DNA of 32,000 nucleotides from Mycobacterium tuberculosis H37Rv (GCF_000195955.2 NC_000962.3:300001-332000), one strand, 5' to 3'; positions 14,208 to 24,566 are shown, counted from the stretch's first letter. Notes: generated by a model from the sequence alone, not told the origin. Numbers and translations: made by a program.

Positions 14208-14308
14208 AAATCCTTTGTTGCCCGGGCGCTTCCGGTAGTGACCCCGGCGTGAACTTTCGCTCACACGGTTACCGCCAGCGTGTGAGGGCGGCCGTGCAGC
14301 GGAGCGGA

Positions 14309-14863
<555 letters not shown>

Positions 14864-15766
14864 CTACCAGGCTTGTGTTACACCCTGGCCAGGCAACCGA
14901 GACCGGGGTCGTGCCCAGTGCAGTCGCACATATTGGCCGGGCCGTATCTGCGCGACCTTGTCGATGTCCTCGTCGGTGATGACGCCGACGACCGGATAGC
15001 TTCCGGTGATCGGGTGATCCGGCCCCAGGATCACCGGTAATCCGTTGGGCGGCACCTGGATTGCGCCGCGGGTAACGCCTTCGCCGGGCAGTTGCCGATC
15101 CGGCCAGCGGTGCTGTAGCGGGCGGCCCTGTAGCCGCATTCCTACGCGGTCACTGCGGTTGGACGCCATCCAGATGGTATGCACCAACGCGTCCGGGTCC
15201 ACCAGCCAGTCGTCGCGCGGCCCGGGCACCACCCGCAGCTCCACCAGATGCTCCTCGATAGCGGCCACCGGTGCCTGGTCGAGTTCGGGATAGTCGTCGG
15301 TGTGTTCGCCGACCGGCAGCACGTCTCCGGCCCGTAGCGGCGACGGGCCGATCGCCGACATCACGTCGTAGCTGCGTGACCCCAGCACGGGCTCCACACA
15401 GACGCCGCCGCGCACCGCCAGATAGGTCCGCAGCCCGGCCCGTGGGGTGCCCAGTGAGATCACCTGGCCGTCCCGGACGTGGTGAATGCTGTTGGTGCCG
15501 ACCATGATTCCGTTCACGGTCGGATCGGTGTCGGCGCCCGTCACCGCGATGTCGACGTCGCCGCCGCGAACCCGCGCCGAGAAGCCGCCGAAGGTCACTT
15601 CGACCGTGGCCCAATCGTCGGGGTTGGCGACTAGCCGGTTGGCCAGCGTGTGGGAGCGGCGGTCGGCGGCACCGGATCGACCGACACCGAGATGGGCCAG
15701 TCCGGCACGGCCGAGGTCTTCGACGAGGGCCAGCGGTCCGCTGCGCAGGATTTCCAGTGTTGTCAT
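14864..15766 (-). CDS. PxpC/KipA-like protein (allophanate hydrolase subunit 2 family; 5-oxoprolinase subunit C-like; Rv0263c-like)
   Basis: 300 aa from ATG 15766 ([20 protein letters not shown]), preceded by GGAGGAAGCAGCC. The longer track start (15847) would overlap the upstream gene. Confidence 0.8.
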   Translation of the reverse strand: MTTLEILRSGPLALVEDLGRAGLAHLGVGRSGAADRRSHTLANRLVANPDDWATVEVTFGGFSARVRGGDVDIAVTGADTDPTVNGIMVGTNSIHHVRDGQVISLGTPRAGLRTYLAVRGGVCVEPVLGSRSYDVMSAIGPSPLRAGDVLPVGEHTDDYPELDQAPVAAIEEHLVELRVVPGPRDDWLVDPDALVHTIWMASNRSDRVGMRLQGRPLQHRWPDRQLPGEGVTRGAIQVPPNGLPVILGPDHPITGSYPVVGVITDEDIDKVAQIRPGQYVRLHWARPRSRLPGQGVTQAW

Positions 15767-15782
15767 GGCTGCTTCCTCCAGC

Positions 15783-16415
15783 TCAGGCGGCCCGGAACTG
15801 AACCCACATGCCCGGTGTGAGCAGCGCCGGCTGGGGTCGGTCGACATCCCACAGGACCGCGTCGGTGTGGCCGATGATCTGCCAATCGCTGGGCGCTTGA
15901 GATGGATATATCGCGCTGAATCCGTCGGCGAGGGCGACCGATCCGGGCGGCATCGAGGTGCGCCGTTCGGGCCGGCGCGGCACCCGCAGGCTCGGGTCGC
16001 CGTCGATCAGGTAGGCGAACCCCGGGGCGGACCCACTGAATCCCGCCCGCCATCCGGTGGCGGTGTGGGCGTTGATGACCGCTGCGGTGGTCAGGCCGGT
16101 GCAGCGGGCGACCTCGGCGAGGTCTGGGCCGTCGTAGACGACGTCGATTACCAGGTCGCATCGGTGATCGGCCGCAGCCACCGCCTCGGGGGTGACCCGC
16201 AACCTGCGCAGCCGCTGACGGGTGACCCCTTGGTAGCGGGGCGCGTCCAGCTTCACCAATACGGTGCGCGAGGCCGCAACGATGTCGACCACACCGGGTA
16301 GCGCCGCGGCTCGCAATGCATCGGTCCATGCCATTGCGTCAGCGGTGCTGTCACATTGCAGCATCAGCGCATGGTCGCCGTAGTCGAGCACGGTGCAGGC
16401 CAATGCCGCGTCCAT
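15783..16415 (-). CDS. PxpB/KipI-like protein (allophanate hydrolase subunit 1 family; 5-oxoprolinase subunit B-like; Rv0264c-like)
   Basis: About 210 aa ([21 protein letters not shown]...). It sits 16 nt upstream of the PxpC-like gene. Alternative in-frame ATGs lie at 16427 and 16436, and the track start is at 16457, so the start is uncertain. Confidence 0.75.
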   Translation of the reverse strand: MDAALACTVLDYGDHALMLQCDSTADAMAWTDALRAAALPGVVDIVAASRTVLVKLDAPRYQGVTRQRLRRLRVTPEAVAAADHRCDLVIDVVYDGPDLAEVARCTGLTTAAVINAHTATGWRAGFSGSAPGFAYLIDGDPSLRVPRRPERRTSMPPGSVALADGFSAIYPSQAPSDWQIIGHTDAVLWDVDRPQPALLTPGMWVQFRAA

Positions 16416-16510
16416 AAAGACGTCCATCACACTCATGCGTCGACGGTAGCGCTGCAATCTTCGGCTCGGCCAGGGATTTTCGAGACTGCCAGAGGTGCCT
16501 TAGCAAATGC

Positions 16511-17503
16511 TCATGCGCCCAAGATCTGGCTGATCTGTGGCGGCAGTTGCTCGGCCACCACGGGATAACTCAGCACCGACGAGAAGGCGATGGCTCCGGC
16601 CTGTTCCTTGGAAGTGAAGATGTGGCGCCGCTGGGCGGTTGCCTGCGACGCCGCAATCTCCGGGTCGGCCAACAACGCCTTCTCGTCCTCGGGGCTCTCG
16701 GTCATCCAGATCAGCACATCGGCGGCATCAAGCACCGCTTTAATGTGATCGCGCGGAATGACGCCGCGCTGATCGACGGCGAAGGGTTTGATGCTGTCGG
16801 CGATCACCAGACCCATGTCGTTGAGGAAGTCAGTTCGCCAGCCCGCCAGGGTTGCGACCACGTTGCCCTGCCAGAGGCGACCCTGCAGCAACAGCGCCTT
16901 CTTGCCCCGCCAGCGCGGATGCCGCTGCGCCACCGCGGCGAACTTCTGGTCGACGGCCTCGATCAGCGACCTCATCCGGTCGGCCGCAAACACCGCCTGG
17001 CCGATCGACCTGGCCTGGTCCTTCCACGGCTCGAAGAATGCGTCGCCGCCGGACTGGGCGACGGTCGGGGCGATCGCCGACAGCTGCTGATAGGTATCGG
17101 CGTCCACCCCGGCGTTGATCGCCACGATCAGGTCGGGTTTTAAGGCGGCGATTCGGTCGATCTGAATCCCGTTGTCCAGGTTCAATACCGCCGGCCGCGC
17201 CCCGCCGAGCTTGGGCGCCGCCCACGGCCACACCGCAAACGGCTGGTCACCGAACCAGTCGGTCACCGCGATGGGCACCACATCGACCGCGAGCAAGTCG
17301 TCCTGCTCGGTGTAGCCGGCGCTGACCACGCGCTTGGGTGGCTCTTTGATGACGGTCTGACCGAACAGGTGGGTGATAGTTACCGCCGCGCCGCCAGGAG
17401 TGCCCGGCGGGGGTTTGGGCGATGAACAGCCCGCGAACAGCCCGGTGGCTGCTGCAGCCTCGGCGACCTGCAAGAATCCCCGGCGGCTGCATCCCTGTCG
17501 CAC
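16511..17503 (-). CDS. fecB2: Periplasmic iron-siderophore/Fe(III)-dicitrate-type substrate-binding lipoprotein FecB2
   Basis: 330 aa. Twin-arginine signal (SRRGFLQV) followed by a lipobox (LFAGCSS), then a class III periplasmic binding protein body. Confidence 0.85.
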   Translation of the reverse strand: MRQGCSRRGFLQVAEAAAATGLFAGCSSPKPPPGTPGGAAVTITHLFGQTVIKEPPKRVVSAGYTEQDDLLAVDVVPIAVTDWFGDQPFAVWPWAAPKLGGARPAVLNLDNGIQIDRIAALKPDLIVAINAGVDADTYQQLSAIAPTVAQSGGDAFFEPWKDQARSIGQAVFAADRMRSLIEAVDQKFAAVAQRHPRWRGKKALLLQGRLWQGNVVATLAGWRTDFLNDMGLVIADSIKPFAVDQRGVIPRDHIKAVLDAADVLIWMTESPEDEKALLADPEIAASQATAQRRHIFTSKEQAGAIAFSSVLSYPVVAEQLPPQISQILGA

Positions 17504-17524
17504 AGCGTGAGGGTATCGCGCGCG

Positions 17525-20500
17525 TTACCGCCGGCGTCGGGCGCTGGTACTTGCTGGCCCGTATCCGCCGCCGCCGGGGGTTTCGATCACCAGCGTGTCG
17601 CCCGGCTCGACGTGCGTTGAGCCGCATCCGGCCAACTCGACGGTGCTGCCGTCGGCGCGTTCCACTCGGTTGCGTCCCAGCTCTCCGGGGGAGCCGCCGG
17701 CCATGCCGTAGGGCCGAACCCGCCGATGACCGGAGAGCGTGCTGACCGTCATCGGCTCGGTGAACTCGAGGCGTCGGACGGCGCCGTCGCCGCCCCGCCA
17801 GCGACCGGCGCCCCCGCTGCCCTGACGTACGGCGAACTCGCGCAGCAACACCGGGTAGCGCCACTCCAGCACCTCGGGATCGGTGAGCCGGGAGTTGGTC
17901 ATGTGCGTCTGCACCACCGAGGCCCCGTGGTACCCGTCACCGGCCCCGGAGCCCGATCCTACGGTTTCGTAGTACTGGTGCCGCTCGTTGCCGAACGTGA
18001 CGTTGTTCATCGTCCCGGATCCCTCGGCCTGCACACCCAACGCGGCGAACAGCGCGCCGGTGATCGCCTGCGAGGTTTCGACGTTGCCAGCGACCACCGC
18101 GGCGGGATGGGTTGGTGCGAGCATCGAGCCTTCGGGGACGACGATACGCAACGGGCGCAGGCAACCGTCGTTGAGCGGGATGTCGTCGGCGACCAGGGTC
18201 CGGAACACGTAGAGCACCGCCGCATTCACCACCGAGGTCGGTGCGTTGAAGTTGGTGTCCAGCTGAGCCGAGGTTCCGGTGAAGTCGATGGTCGCGCTGC
18301 GGGCGGCGCGGTCGACGGTGATGCGCACGGCGATCGTCGCGCCCGAATCCATGCGGTAGCGGTAGGCGCCGTTGTCGAGCCGGTCGATGACCCGGCGGAC
18401 CGCTTCCTCGGCGTTGTCCTGGACGTGGCGCATGTAGGCCGCCACCACGTCGCGGCCGAAGTGGTCGATCATTTTTCCGACCTCGTCGACGCCCTTTTGG
18501 TTGGCGGCGATCTGCGCGCGCAGATCGGCGAGGTTGGTGTCGGGATTGCGGGAACCGAACGGCGCCTCGGTAAGCAGGCGCCGGGTTTCGGCCTCGCGGA
18601 ACCGTCCGTTCTCGGCGAGCAGCCAGTTGTCGAACAGCACGCCCTCTTCGTGGATCTCGCGGCTGTCGGCGGGCATGGAGCCGGGGGTGATGCCGCCGAT
18701 TTCGGCGTGGTGCCCGCGAGAGGCGACAAAGAATAGGACGTCCTCGCCGCCGGTGTTGAACACCGGGGTGATCACTGTGATGTCCGGCAGGTGGGTGCCG
18801 CCGTGGTACGGGTCGTTGACGGCGTATACGTCACCGGGCTTCATGCCGCTCAAGCGCCGGCGGATCACTTCCTTGACGGTGGTGCCCATCGAGCCGAGGT
18901 GCACCGGAATGTGCGGGGCGTTGGCGACCAGGTTGCCGTCCGGATCGAACAGCGCGCAGGAGAAGTCCAGCCGCTCCCGGATGTTCACCGACTGGGCGGT
19001 GGCTTCCAGCCGGAAGCCCATCTGCTCGGCGATCGACATGAACAGGTTGTTGAAGATCTCCAACAGCACCGGGTCGGCCTCGAAACCGGCCTCGAAACCG
19101 GCCCGAGTGGCCGCATCGGGCCGCGGCGGGGTGACCACTCGTTGCGCGAGCAGGTGCCCGGTCTCCGTCATCGTCGCCTGCCAGCCGTCGTCGACGACGG
19201 TGGTGGCGTTGGCCTCGGCGATGATCGCCGGACCGGTCAGCACGTCGCCCGGCCGCATCGCCTCCCTACGCCGCAGCGGTGCGTCGCGCCACAATCCGTT
19301 CGAATAGATCCGCACGGTTTCCGACGAGCCGGTGGTGTCGTTGGCCTGATCGCCCAGCTGGGACAGGTCGGGCTGGTCGGTGAGCCCGGTCGCCTCGACC
19401 GAGATCGCTTCGGCGATCAGCGGACGATCCAGCAGGAACGTGTACAGCGCGCGGTGGCTGCTTTCAAACGCCGTGGCCATGGTCTCGATCTCGGCCAGTT
19501 GCACGGGGATCGCGGTATCGGTTCCCTCATAGCGCAGGTGCACCCGGCGAACCACCCGGATGCGCTCACCCGGGACGCCCTCGTCCAGCAACTCGGCGCG
19601 GGCGGCTCGTTCGAGGGATTCCGCAACGCTGGCCAAACGCTGTGGCGCGGCGGGTCCGAGCGGGATCTCCACCGATTGTTCGCGCATTGCGGTGGTGTCG
19701 GCCAGGCCGATCCCCAGCGCGGAAAGCACGCCGGCCATTGGTGGGATCAGCACCGTGCGGATGCCGAGGGCGTCGGCCACCGCACATGCGTGCTGACCGC
19801 CGGCGCCGCCGAACGTCGTCAGCGCGTACCGCGTCACGTCGTGTCCCTTTTGCACGGAGATCTTTTTGACCGCGTTGGCCATGTTCGCCACCGCGATCCG
19901 CAGATATCCCTCGGCGACCTGCTCGGGTGACCGGTCGTCGCCGGTCCGCGCGGCGATGTCGGCGGCCAGGTCGGTGAAGCCACGCCGCACGGTCCCGGCG
20001 TCCAGCGGCTGGTCGCCGGAAGGACCGAATACGGACGGGAAGTGGGTGGGCTGGATGCGGCCGAGCATCACGTTGGCGTCGGTGACGCACAGCGGTCCGC
20101 CGCCGCGGTAGCAGGCCGGGCCGGGGTCGGCTCCGGCCGAGTCCGGGCCGACTCGGTAGCGGCTCCCGTCGAAATGCAGAATCGACCCGCCGCCGGCGGC
20201 CACCGTGTGGATGTCCAGCATCGGCGCGCGCAGCCGGACCCCGGCAACCTGGGTCGTGAAGACGCGTTCGTACTCGCCGGCGTAGTGCGACACGTCGGTC
20301 GAGGTGCCGCCCATGTCGAAGCCAATAACATGATCGAAGCCGGCCAGCGCCGACATCCGCACCATGCCGACGATGCCGCCGGCCGGACCAGACAGAATCG
20401 CGTCCTTGCCGCGGAAGTGCCCGGCCTGCGCCAGCCCCCCGTTGGACTGCATGAACATCAGTCGCACACCCCGCATCTGGTCGGCCACCTGGTTGATGTA

Positions 20501-21154
20501 TCGGCGCAGCACCGGGGACAAGTAGGCGTCGACCACGGTGGTATCCCCGCGCGGGACCAGTTTCATCAGCGGGCTGACCTCAGATGACAACGAGATCTGG
20601 GCGAAGCCGATGCGCTGCGCCAGCGTACCGATTTCTCGCTCGTGTCCCGGGTAGAGGTAACTGTGCAGGCACACCACCGCGACCGCGCGGATTCCGTCCG
20701 CATGGGCCTGCCGCATCTTCTCGCCCAATGCCTCCAGGTCGGGTGCCCGCAGCACCCGGCCGTCGGCTGTGACCCGTTCATCGACCTCGACGACCCGCTC
20801 ATAAAGCATCTCGGGCAACACGATCCGCCGGTCGAAGATGCGCGGACGATTCTGGTAGGCGATGCGCAGGGCGTCGCCGAAACCGCGGGTGATCACCAGC
20901 AGTGTGCGCTCACCCGTGCGCTCGAGCAACGCATTGGTCGCCACCGTGGTGCCCATCCGCACCGCGTCGACGCGCGTGCCCGCCTCGCCGTTCGCTAGCA
21001 GCGCACGGATGCCGGCCACCGCGGCGTCGCGATAGCGTGCCGGGTTGTCCGACAGCAGCTTGTGGGTCAGCAGCCGTCCGTCCGGCCGGCGCGCCACAAC
21101 GTCGGTGAACGTGCCACCCCGGTCGACCCAGAAGTGCCACCCCGCGCCAACCAC
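17525..21154 (-). CDS. oplA: ATP-dependent 5-oxoprolinase OplA (fused hydantoinase A/HyuA and hydantoinase B/HyuB domains)
   Basis: 1209 aa. N-terminal [13 protein letters not shown] (HyuA-type ATPase) and a C-terminal HyuB-type half ([17 protein letters not shown]). Confidence 0.92.
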   Translation of the reverse strand: MVGAGWHFWVDRGGTFTDVVARRPDGRLLTHKLLSDNPARYRDAAVAGIRALLANGEAGTRVDAVRMGTTVATNALLERTGERTLLVITRGFGDALRIAYQNRPRIFDRRIVLPEMLYERVVEVDERVTADGRVLRAPDLEALGEKMRQAHADGIRAVAVVCLHSYLYPGHEREIGTLAQRIGFAQISLSSEVSPLMKLVPRGDTTVVDAYLSPVLRRYINQVADQMRGVRLMFMQSNGGLAQAGHFRGKDAILSGPAGGIVGMVRMSALAGFDHVIGFDMGGTSTDVSHYAGEYERVFTTQVAGVRLRAPMLDIHTVAAGGGSILHFDGSRYRVGPDSAGADPGPACYRGGGPLCVTDANVMLGRIQPTHFPSVFGPSGDQPLDAGTVRRGFTDLAADIAARTGDDRSPEQVAEGYLRIAVANMANAVKKISVQKGHDVTRYALTTFGGAGGQHACAVADALGIRTVLIPPMAGVLSALGIGLADTTAMREQSVEIPLGPAAPQRLASVAESLERAARAELLDEGVPGERIRVVRRVHLRYEGTDTAIPVQLAEIETMATAFESSHRALYTFLLDRPLIAEAISVEATGLTDQPDLSQLGDQANDTTGSSETVRIYSNGLWRDAPLRRREAMRPGDVLTGPAIIAEANATTVVDDGWQATMTETGHLLAQRVVTPPRPDAATRAGFEAGFEADPVLLEIFNNLFMSIAEQMGFRLEATAQSVNIRERLDFSCALFDPDGNLVANAPHIPVHLGSMGTTVKEVIRRRLSGMKPGDVYAVNDPYHGGTHLPDITVITPVFNTGGEDVLFFVASRGHHAEIGGITPGSMPADSREIHEEGVLFDNWLLAENGRFREAETRRLLTEAPFGSRNPDTNLADLRAQIAANQKGVDEVGKMIDHFGRDVVAAYMRHVQDNAEEAVRRVIDRLDNGAYRYRMDSGATIAVRITVDRAARSATIDFTGTSAQLDTNFNAPTSVVNAAVLYVFRTLVADDIPLNDGCLRPLRIVVPEGSMLAPTHPAAVVAGNVETSQAITGALFAALGVQAEGSGTMNNVTFGNERHQYYETVGSGSGAGDGYHGASVVQTHMTNSRLTDPEVLEWRYPVLLREFAVRQGSGGAGRWRGGDGAVRRLEFTEPMTVSTLSGHRRVRPYGMAGGSPGELGRNRVERADGSTVELAGCGSTHVEPGDTLVIETPGGGGYGPASTSARRRR

Positions 21155-21330
21155 CCGGACTCCCCCTTCACGCTCGCAGCCGGTCCCGTCCTCACAACGG
21201 CAGACGGGCCGAAGCCACCTAAAGGTATCTCCGCTGTAACAGCGCGCATCCGGGCCGGTAACAGGGTCTCTTTAGCGTCGAGCCGTCATTACCGCTGATG
21301 TCGCCCGCTTGTCGACAGGAGACCTAACCG

Positions 21331-22722
21331 ATGGCACTCACCACCGCCCCGGCAATCGATTATGCGCTGCCACGCCAGCAGGATGAGGGCGATCACTGGA
21401 TCGACGACTGGCGCCCGGAAGACCCGGTGTTCTGGGAGACGATCGGCAGGCCGATCGCCCGCCGTAACCTGATCTTCTCCATCTTCGCCGAGCACGTCGG
21501 CTTCAGCGTGTGGATGCTGTGGAGCATCGTGGTTGTCCAGATGACCGCCGCCGCTCCCGGGCACCCCGCCGCGTCCGGCTGGGCGCTGTCCGCCAGCCAG
21601 GCCCTATGTTTGGTCGCCGTCCCCAGCGGTGTCGGGGCGTTCCTCCGGCTGCCGTACACCTTCGCGATCCCGATCTTTGGTGGCCGCAACTGGACGACCG
21701 TCTCGGCGGCGCTGCTGGTGATCCCGTGCCTGCTGCTGGCTTGGGCGGTGAGCCACCCTTCCCTGCCGTTCGCGGTGTTGGTGGTGATCGCGGCCACCGC
21801 CGGTTTCGGTGGCGGCAACTTTGCCTCATCGATGGCCAACATCTCGTTCTTCTACCCGGAGAAGGACAAGGGTTGGGCGCTGGGCCTGAACGCGGCCGGA
21901 GGCAACATCGGGGTGGCGGTGGTGCAGAAGATCATTCCGCCCATCGTGGTCGCCGGCAGTGGGGTGGCACTGTCGCGTGCCGGACTGTTCTTCGTGCCCT
22001 TGGCCGTCGCCGCCGCGGTGTGCGCATTCCTGTTTATGAACAACCTCACGGAGGCCAAGGCCGATGTGAAGCCGGTGTGGCAGTCGCTGCGGCATGCCGA
22101 CACCTGGATCATGTCGCTGCTGTACATCGGCACCTTTGGGTCGTTCATCGGGTATTCGGCGGCCTTCCCGACGTTGCTCAAGACCGTGTTTGGCCGTGGT
22201 GACATCGCGTTGGGTTGGGCCTTCCTCGGCGCGGGCATCGGTTCCCTGGTCCGTCCGCTGGGCGGCAAGCTCGCCGACCGGATCGGCGGTGCGCGGATCA
22301 CCGCGGCCAGTTTCGTCATGCTGGCGGCCGGGGCGGCTGCGGCGTTGTGGTCGGTGCAGTCGGTCAATCTGCCGGTGTTCTTCGTCAGCTTCATGTTCTT
22401 GTTCGTTGCCACCGGCATCGGCAATGGTTCGAGCTACCGGATGATCTCGAGGATCTTCCAGGTCAAAGGCGAAGTCGCCGGCGGGGATCCGGAAACGATG
22501 GTGAACATGCGCCGACAGGCCGCCGGAGCGCTGGGCATCATCTCCTCGATCGGCGCGTTCGGCGGGTTTGTGGTGCCGCTGGCCTACGCCTGGTCGAAGG
22601 TGCACTTCGGCAATATCGAACCCGCCCTGCACTTCTACGTGGCGTTCTTCCTTGCCCTGCTCGTCGTCACCTGGTACTGCTACCTGCGTAGAACCACCCC
22701 CATGGGCCAGGTGGGGGTGTAG
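21331..22722 (+). CDS. narU: NarK-family MFS nitrate/nitrite transporter NarU
   Basis: 463 aa, AGGAGA SD 8 nt upstream, signature AGFGGGNFASSMANI. Clearly paralogous to narK3 (shared IARRNLI...AEHVGFSVW). Confidence 0.9.
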   Translation: MALTTAPAIDYALPRQQDEGDHWIDDWRPEDPVFWETIGRPIARRNLIFSIFAEHVGFSVWMLWSIVVVQMTAAAPGHPAASGWALSASQALCLVAVPSGVGAFLRLPYTFAIPIFGGRNWTTVSAALLVIPCLLLAWAVSHPSLPFAVLVVIAATAGFGGGNFASSMANISFFYPEKDKGWALGLNAAGGNIGVAVVQKIIPPIVVAGSGVALSRAGLFFVPLAVAAAVCAFLFMNNLTEAKADVKPVWQSLRHADTWIMSLLYIGTFGSFIGYSAAFPTLLKTVFGRGDIALGWAFLGAGIGSLVRPLGGKLADRIGGARITAASFVMLAAGAAAALWSVQSVNLPVFFVSFMFLFVATGIGNGSSYRMISRIFQVKGEVAGGDPETMVNMRRQAAGALGIISSIGAFGGFVVPLAYAWSKVHFGNIEPALHFYVAFFLALLVVTWYCYLRRTTPMGQVGV

Positions 22723-22735
22723 TTAGCCCGGCGGC

Positions 22736-22753
22736 GGTCTCACGTTGTGAGCC
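22736..22753. terminator. Small bulged hairpin between the convergent narU and antitoxin genes
   Basis: In ggtctcac-gtt-gtgagcc a 5-bp stem plus 2 more pairs across a 1-nt bulge surrounds a 3-nt loop. A second 7-bp GC stem (caccccc/gggggtg, 22695-22719) covers the last narU codons. Confidence 0.3.
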
Positions 22754-22763
22754 ACGCGCAAAC

Positions 22764-23021
22764 TCAGACTCTGCCGATGTCAACGCCCAGCTCGGCACCG
22801 AGCTTGTCCAGCGGCATGGTGACGTGCTCTCGCTCGTGCACGCTGAGCCGGTCGCGCAGGTCTTCAAGCTCTTCCATTAGGCTCTCGTAGCGCTCAGCTG
22901 AGATGAGGATGGCTGCGGGTCGGCCATGATTCATCAACACGACGTCATCGTCGGCGGATTCACGCACAAGCCTCGATAGGTGAGCGCGGGCTTCACTAAT
23001 AGGCACTAGACTGCTGGTCAT
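22764..23021 (-). CDS. Phd/YefM-family type II antitoxin (85 aa; C-terminal half of the 169-aa Rv0268c-style ORF)
   Basis: From ATG 23021: MTSSLVPISEARAHLSRLVRESADDDVVLMNHGRPAAILISAERYESLMEELEDLRDRL... is a textbook Phd/YefM N-domain. The preceding 84 codons of the long ORF are an out-of-frame read of the toxin relic. Confidence 0.8.
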   Translation of the reverse strand: MTSSLVPISEARAHLSRLVRESADDDVVLMNHGRPAAILISAERYESLMEELEDLRDRLSVHEREHVTMPLDKLGAELGVDIGRV

Positions 23022-23280
23022 CGGTAGACCCCCCTTCGGTGTCCGACGCGAGTAACGGTGATGACACGCGCTGCGTCGTCGACGATGTAAACAACGCGAT
23101 AGTTGCCGAGGCGGATGCGGTAAGTGGTGTCGAAGCCACTCATCTTCTCGCAGCCACGCGGGCGCGGTTCGTCGGCGAGCGCGGCGACGGCGGTCAGATG
23201 CGCCGCTGGTCGTGGCGGTGCAGCCGTTGGATTGCTTTAGCTGCCGAGTTCTCGATTTCGACCGCGTACCCACTTGCCAT
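23018..23280 (-). pseudogene. Frameshifted RelE/ParE-superfamily toxin gene located 5' of the antitoxin
   Basis: Frame A from ATG 23280: MASGYAVEIENSAAKAIQRLHRHDQRRI, then TGA (23196-23194). Frame A-1 continues HLTAVAALADEPRPRGCEKMSGFDTTYRIRLGNYRVVYIVDDAARVITVTRVGHRRGVYR, ending in a TGA that overlaps the antitoxin ATG (ATGA, 23021-23018). Length is 263 nt, one base short of 88 codons. Confidence 0.75.
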
Positions 23281-23337
23281 ACAAAAATGTACAGACTTCA
23301 GATGCATAATATAAGCGCTAATTTTGCCGACGCGCTC

Positions 23338-24531
23338 TCACCGCGGCCACGGGCTGTAGTCGGCGATCAGCTCCTCCTGCGGCGGGCGCTGGTCGGCCGG
23401 GACGTGCTGCAGGTTGATCCGGATCCGATACCAGATCGAACTCGGCCCGCGCATGCCGTCGACCAGCACATCGGCGGGCCGCAGCAAAGCCGCGGCGCCG
23501 GGATACCGGTCGCGCCAGATGTCCAACGCCGCCATCGCCTCGGCCCGCGTCTTGGCGCGGGCGATCTCGATCAGCGGCTTGGCGGATTGCGCCTTCTGCG
23601 GCGGACCCAGTTCCTCGGCCAGCATCAACAGCCGGTCGAGCCGGCCAACCGCGTCATCCATCCCGGCCCAGGGGTCACCGATGTCGGCCAACCGGCTGGG
23701 CACGGTGGCCATGGTGAACACCGCCGGGTCGCAGCCGGGCACCTCCTCCCAGTGCAGCGGCGTGGACACCCGGGCATCCGGGGTGGCCCGCACCGAGTAG
23801 GCCGACGCGACCGTGCGGTCCTTGGCGTTCTGGTTGAAGTCGACGAACACGCCCTCGCGTTCTTCCTTCCACCAACGACTGGTTGCCGCGTCGGGTAGGC
23901 GCCGTTCGACCTCACGCGCAACGGTCTGGGCGGCCAGGCGCACCTGGGGAAACGACCAGCAAGGCGCGATCCGGGCATAGACGTGAAAGCCCCGCGACCC
24001 GGACGTCTTCGGCCATGCGGTCAACCCGTAATCCTCCAGCACCTCCCGGACCACCAACGCGACCTCGACGACCCGCTGCCACGCGACCCCGGGCATCGGG
24101 TCCAAGTCCACCCGCAGCTCGTCGGGATGATCGAGGTCGCCGGCGAGCACCGGATGCGGATTGAGATCCACACACCCCAGGTTGATCACCCACGCCAGCC
24201 CGGCGGCGTCGTGAATGACCGCCTCCGCGGCGGAGCGGCCCGACGCATAGTGCAGCTCGGCCACGTCCACCCAGTCTGGCCGGTTTGCCGGTGCGCGCTT
24301 CTGAAACACCGCCTCGGCGGAGATGCCCTTGACGAAACGCTTGAGAATCATCGGCCGGCCGGCCACCCCGCGCATCGCCCCCTCGGCCACGGCGAGGTAA
24401 TAGCGGACCAGATCGAACTTGGTGTAGCCCTTTCGATCGTTGTGAGCGGGGAAGACGACCCTGCCCGGATGCGTGACGATGACCTGGCGTCCGTGCACGT
24501 CCAGCGACACCGGGGCGGCCATGCGGCTCAT
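23338..24531 (-). CDS. Stand-alone LigD polymerase-domain-like archaeo-eukaryotic primase-polymerase (Rv0269c-like)
   Basis: 397 aa. LigD PolDom-type motifs (VTHPGRVVFP, FQKRAP, LVVDLDP-like RVDLDP, KTSGSRGFHVY, VFVDFNQNAKDRT, YSVR) plus a ~100-aa C-terminal extension with no domain I recognise. Confidence 0.85.
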   Translation of the reverse strand: MSRMAAPVSLDVHGRQVIVTHPGRVVFPAHNDRKGYTKFDLVRYYLAVAEGAMRGVAGRPMILKRFVKGISAEAVFQKRAPANRPDWVDVAELHYASGRSAAEAVIHDAAGLAWVINLGCVDLNPHPVLAGDLDHPDELRVDLDPMPGVAWQRVVEVALVVREVLEDYGLTAWPKTSGSRGFHVYARIAPCWSFPQVRLAAQTVAREVERRLPDAATSRWWKEEREGVFVDFNQNAKDRTVASAYSVRATPDARVSTPLHWEEVPGCDPAVFTMATVPSRLADIGDPWAGMDDAVGRLDRLLMLAEELGPPQKAQSAKPLIEIARAKTRAEAMAALDIWRDRYPGAAALLRPADVLVDGMRGPSSIWYRIRINLQHVPADQRPPQEELIADYSPWPR

Positions 24532-24566
24532 GGTAATTTGCGACCCGCCTCACATAGGGTGAGGTC

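Noticed and set aside
16416-17524. Looked for an IdeR iron box (TTAGGTTAGGCTAACCTAA-like) near fecB2
   Set aside because: Nothing convincing was found. The closest string (ccttagcaaatgctca, ~16497-16512) matches too few positions.
17726-19930. Two long plus-strand ORFs (336 aa and 379 aa) inside the oplA region
   Set aside because: They are antisense to a 1209-aa gene with clear hydantoinase A/B homology. Their products are Arg/Gly/Asp/His-rich with no motifs, the classic GC-rich antisense open frames.
21826-22632. 268-aa minus-strand ORF (and 190-aa ORF) overlapping narU; similar ORFs occur over narK3 (e.g. 13612..14202)
   Set aside because: They are antisense to, or out of frame with, MFS transporter genes that have 12 hydrophobic spans and NarK signatures. 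The alternative products are charged low-complexity strings.
22764-23273. Full 169-aa ORF taken at face value as a single hypothetical protein
   Set aside because: Its first 84 codons are a third-frame read across a recognisable, frameshifted RelE/ParE gene. Only the last 85 codons (Phd/YefM) look like real protein.
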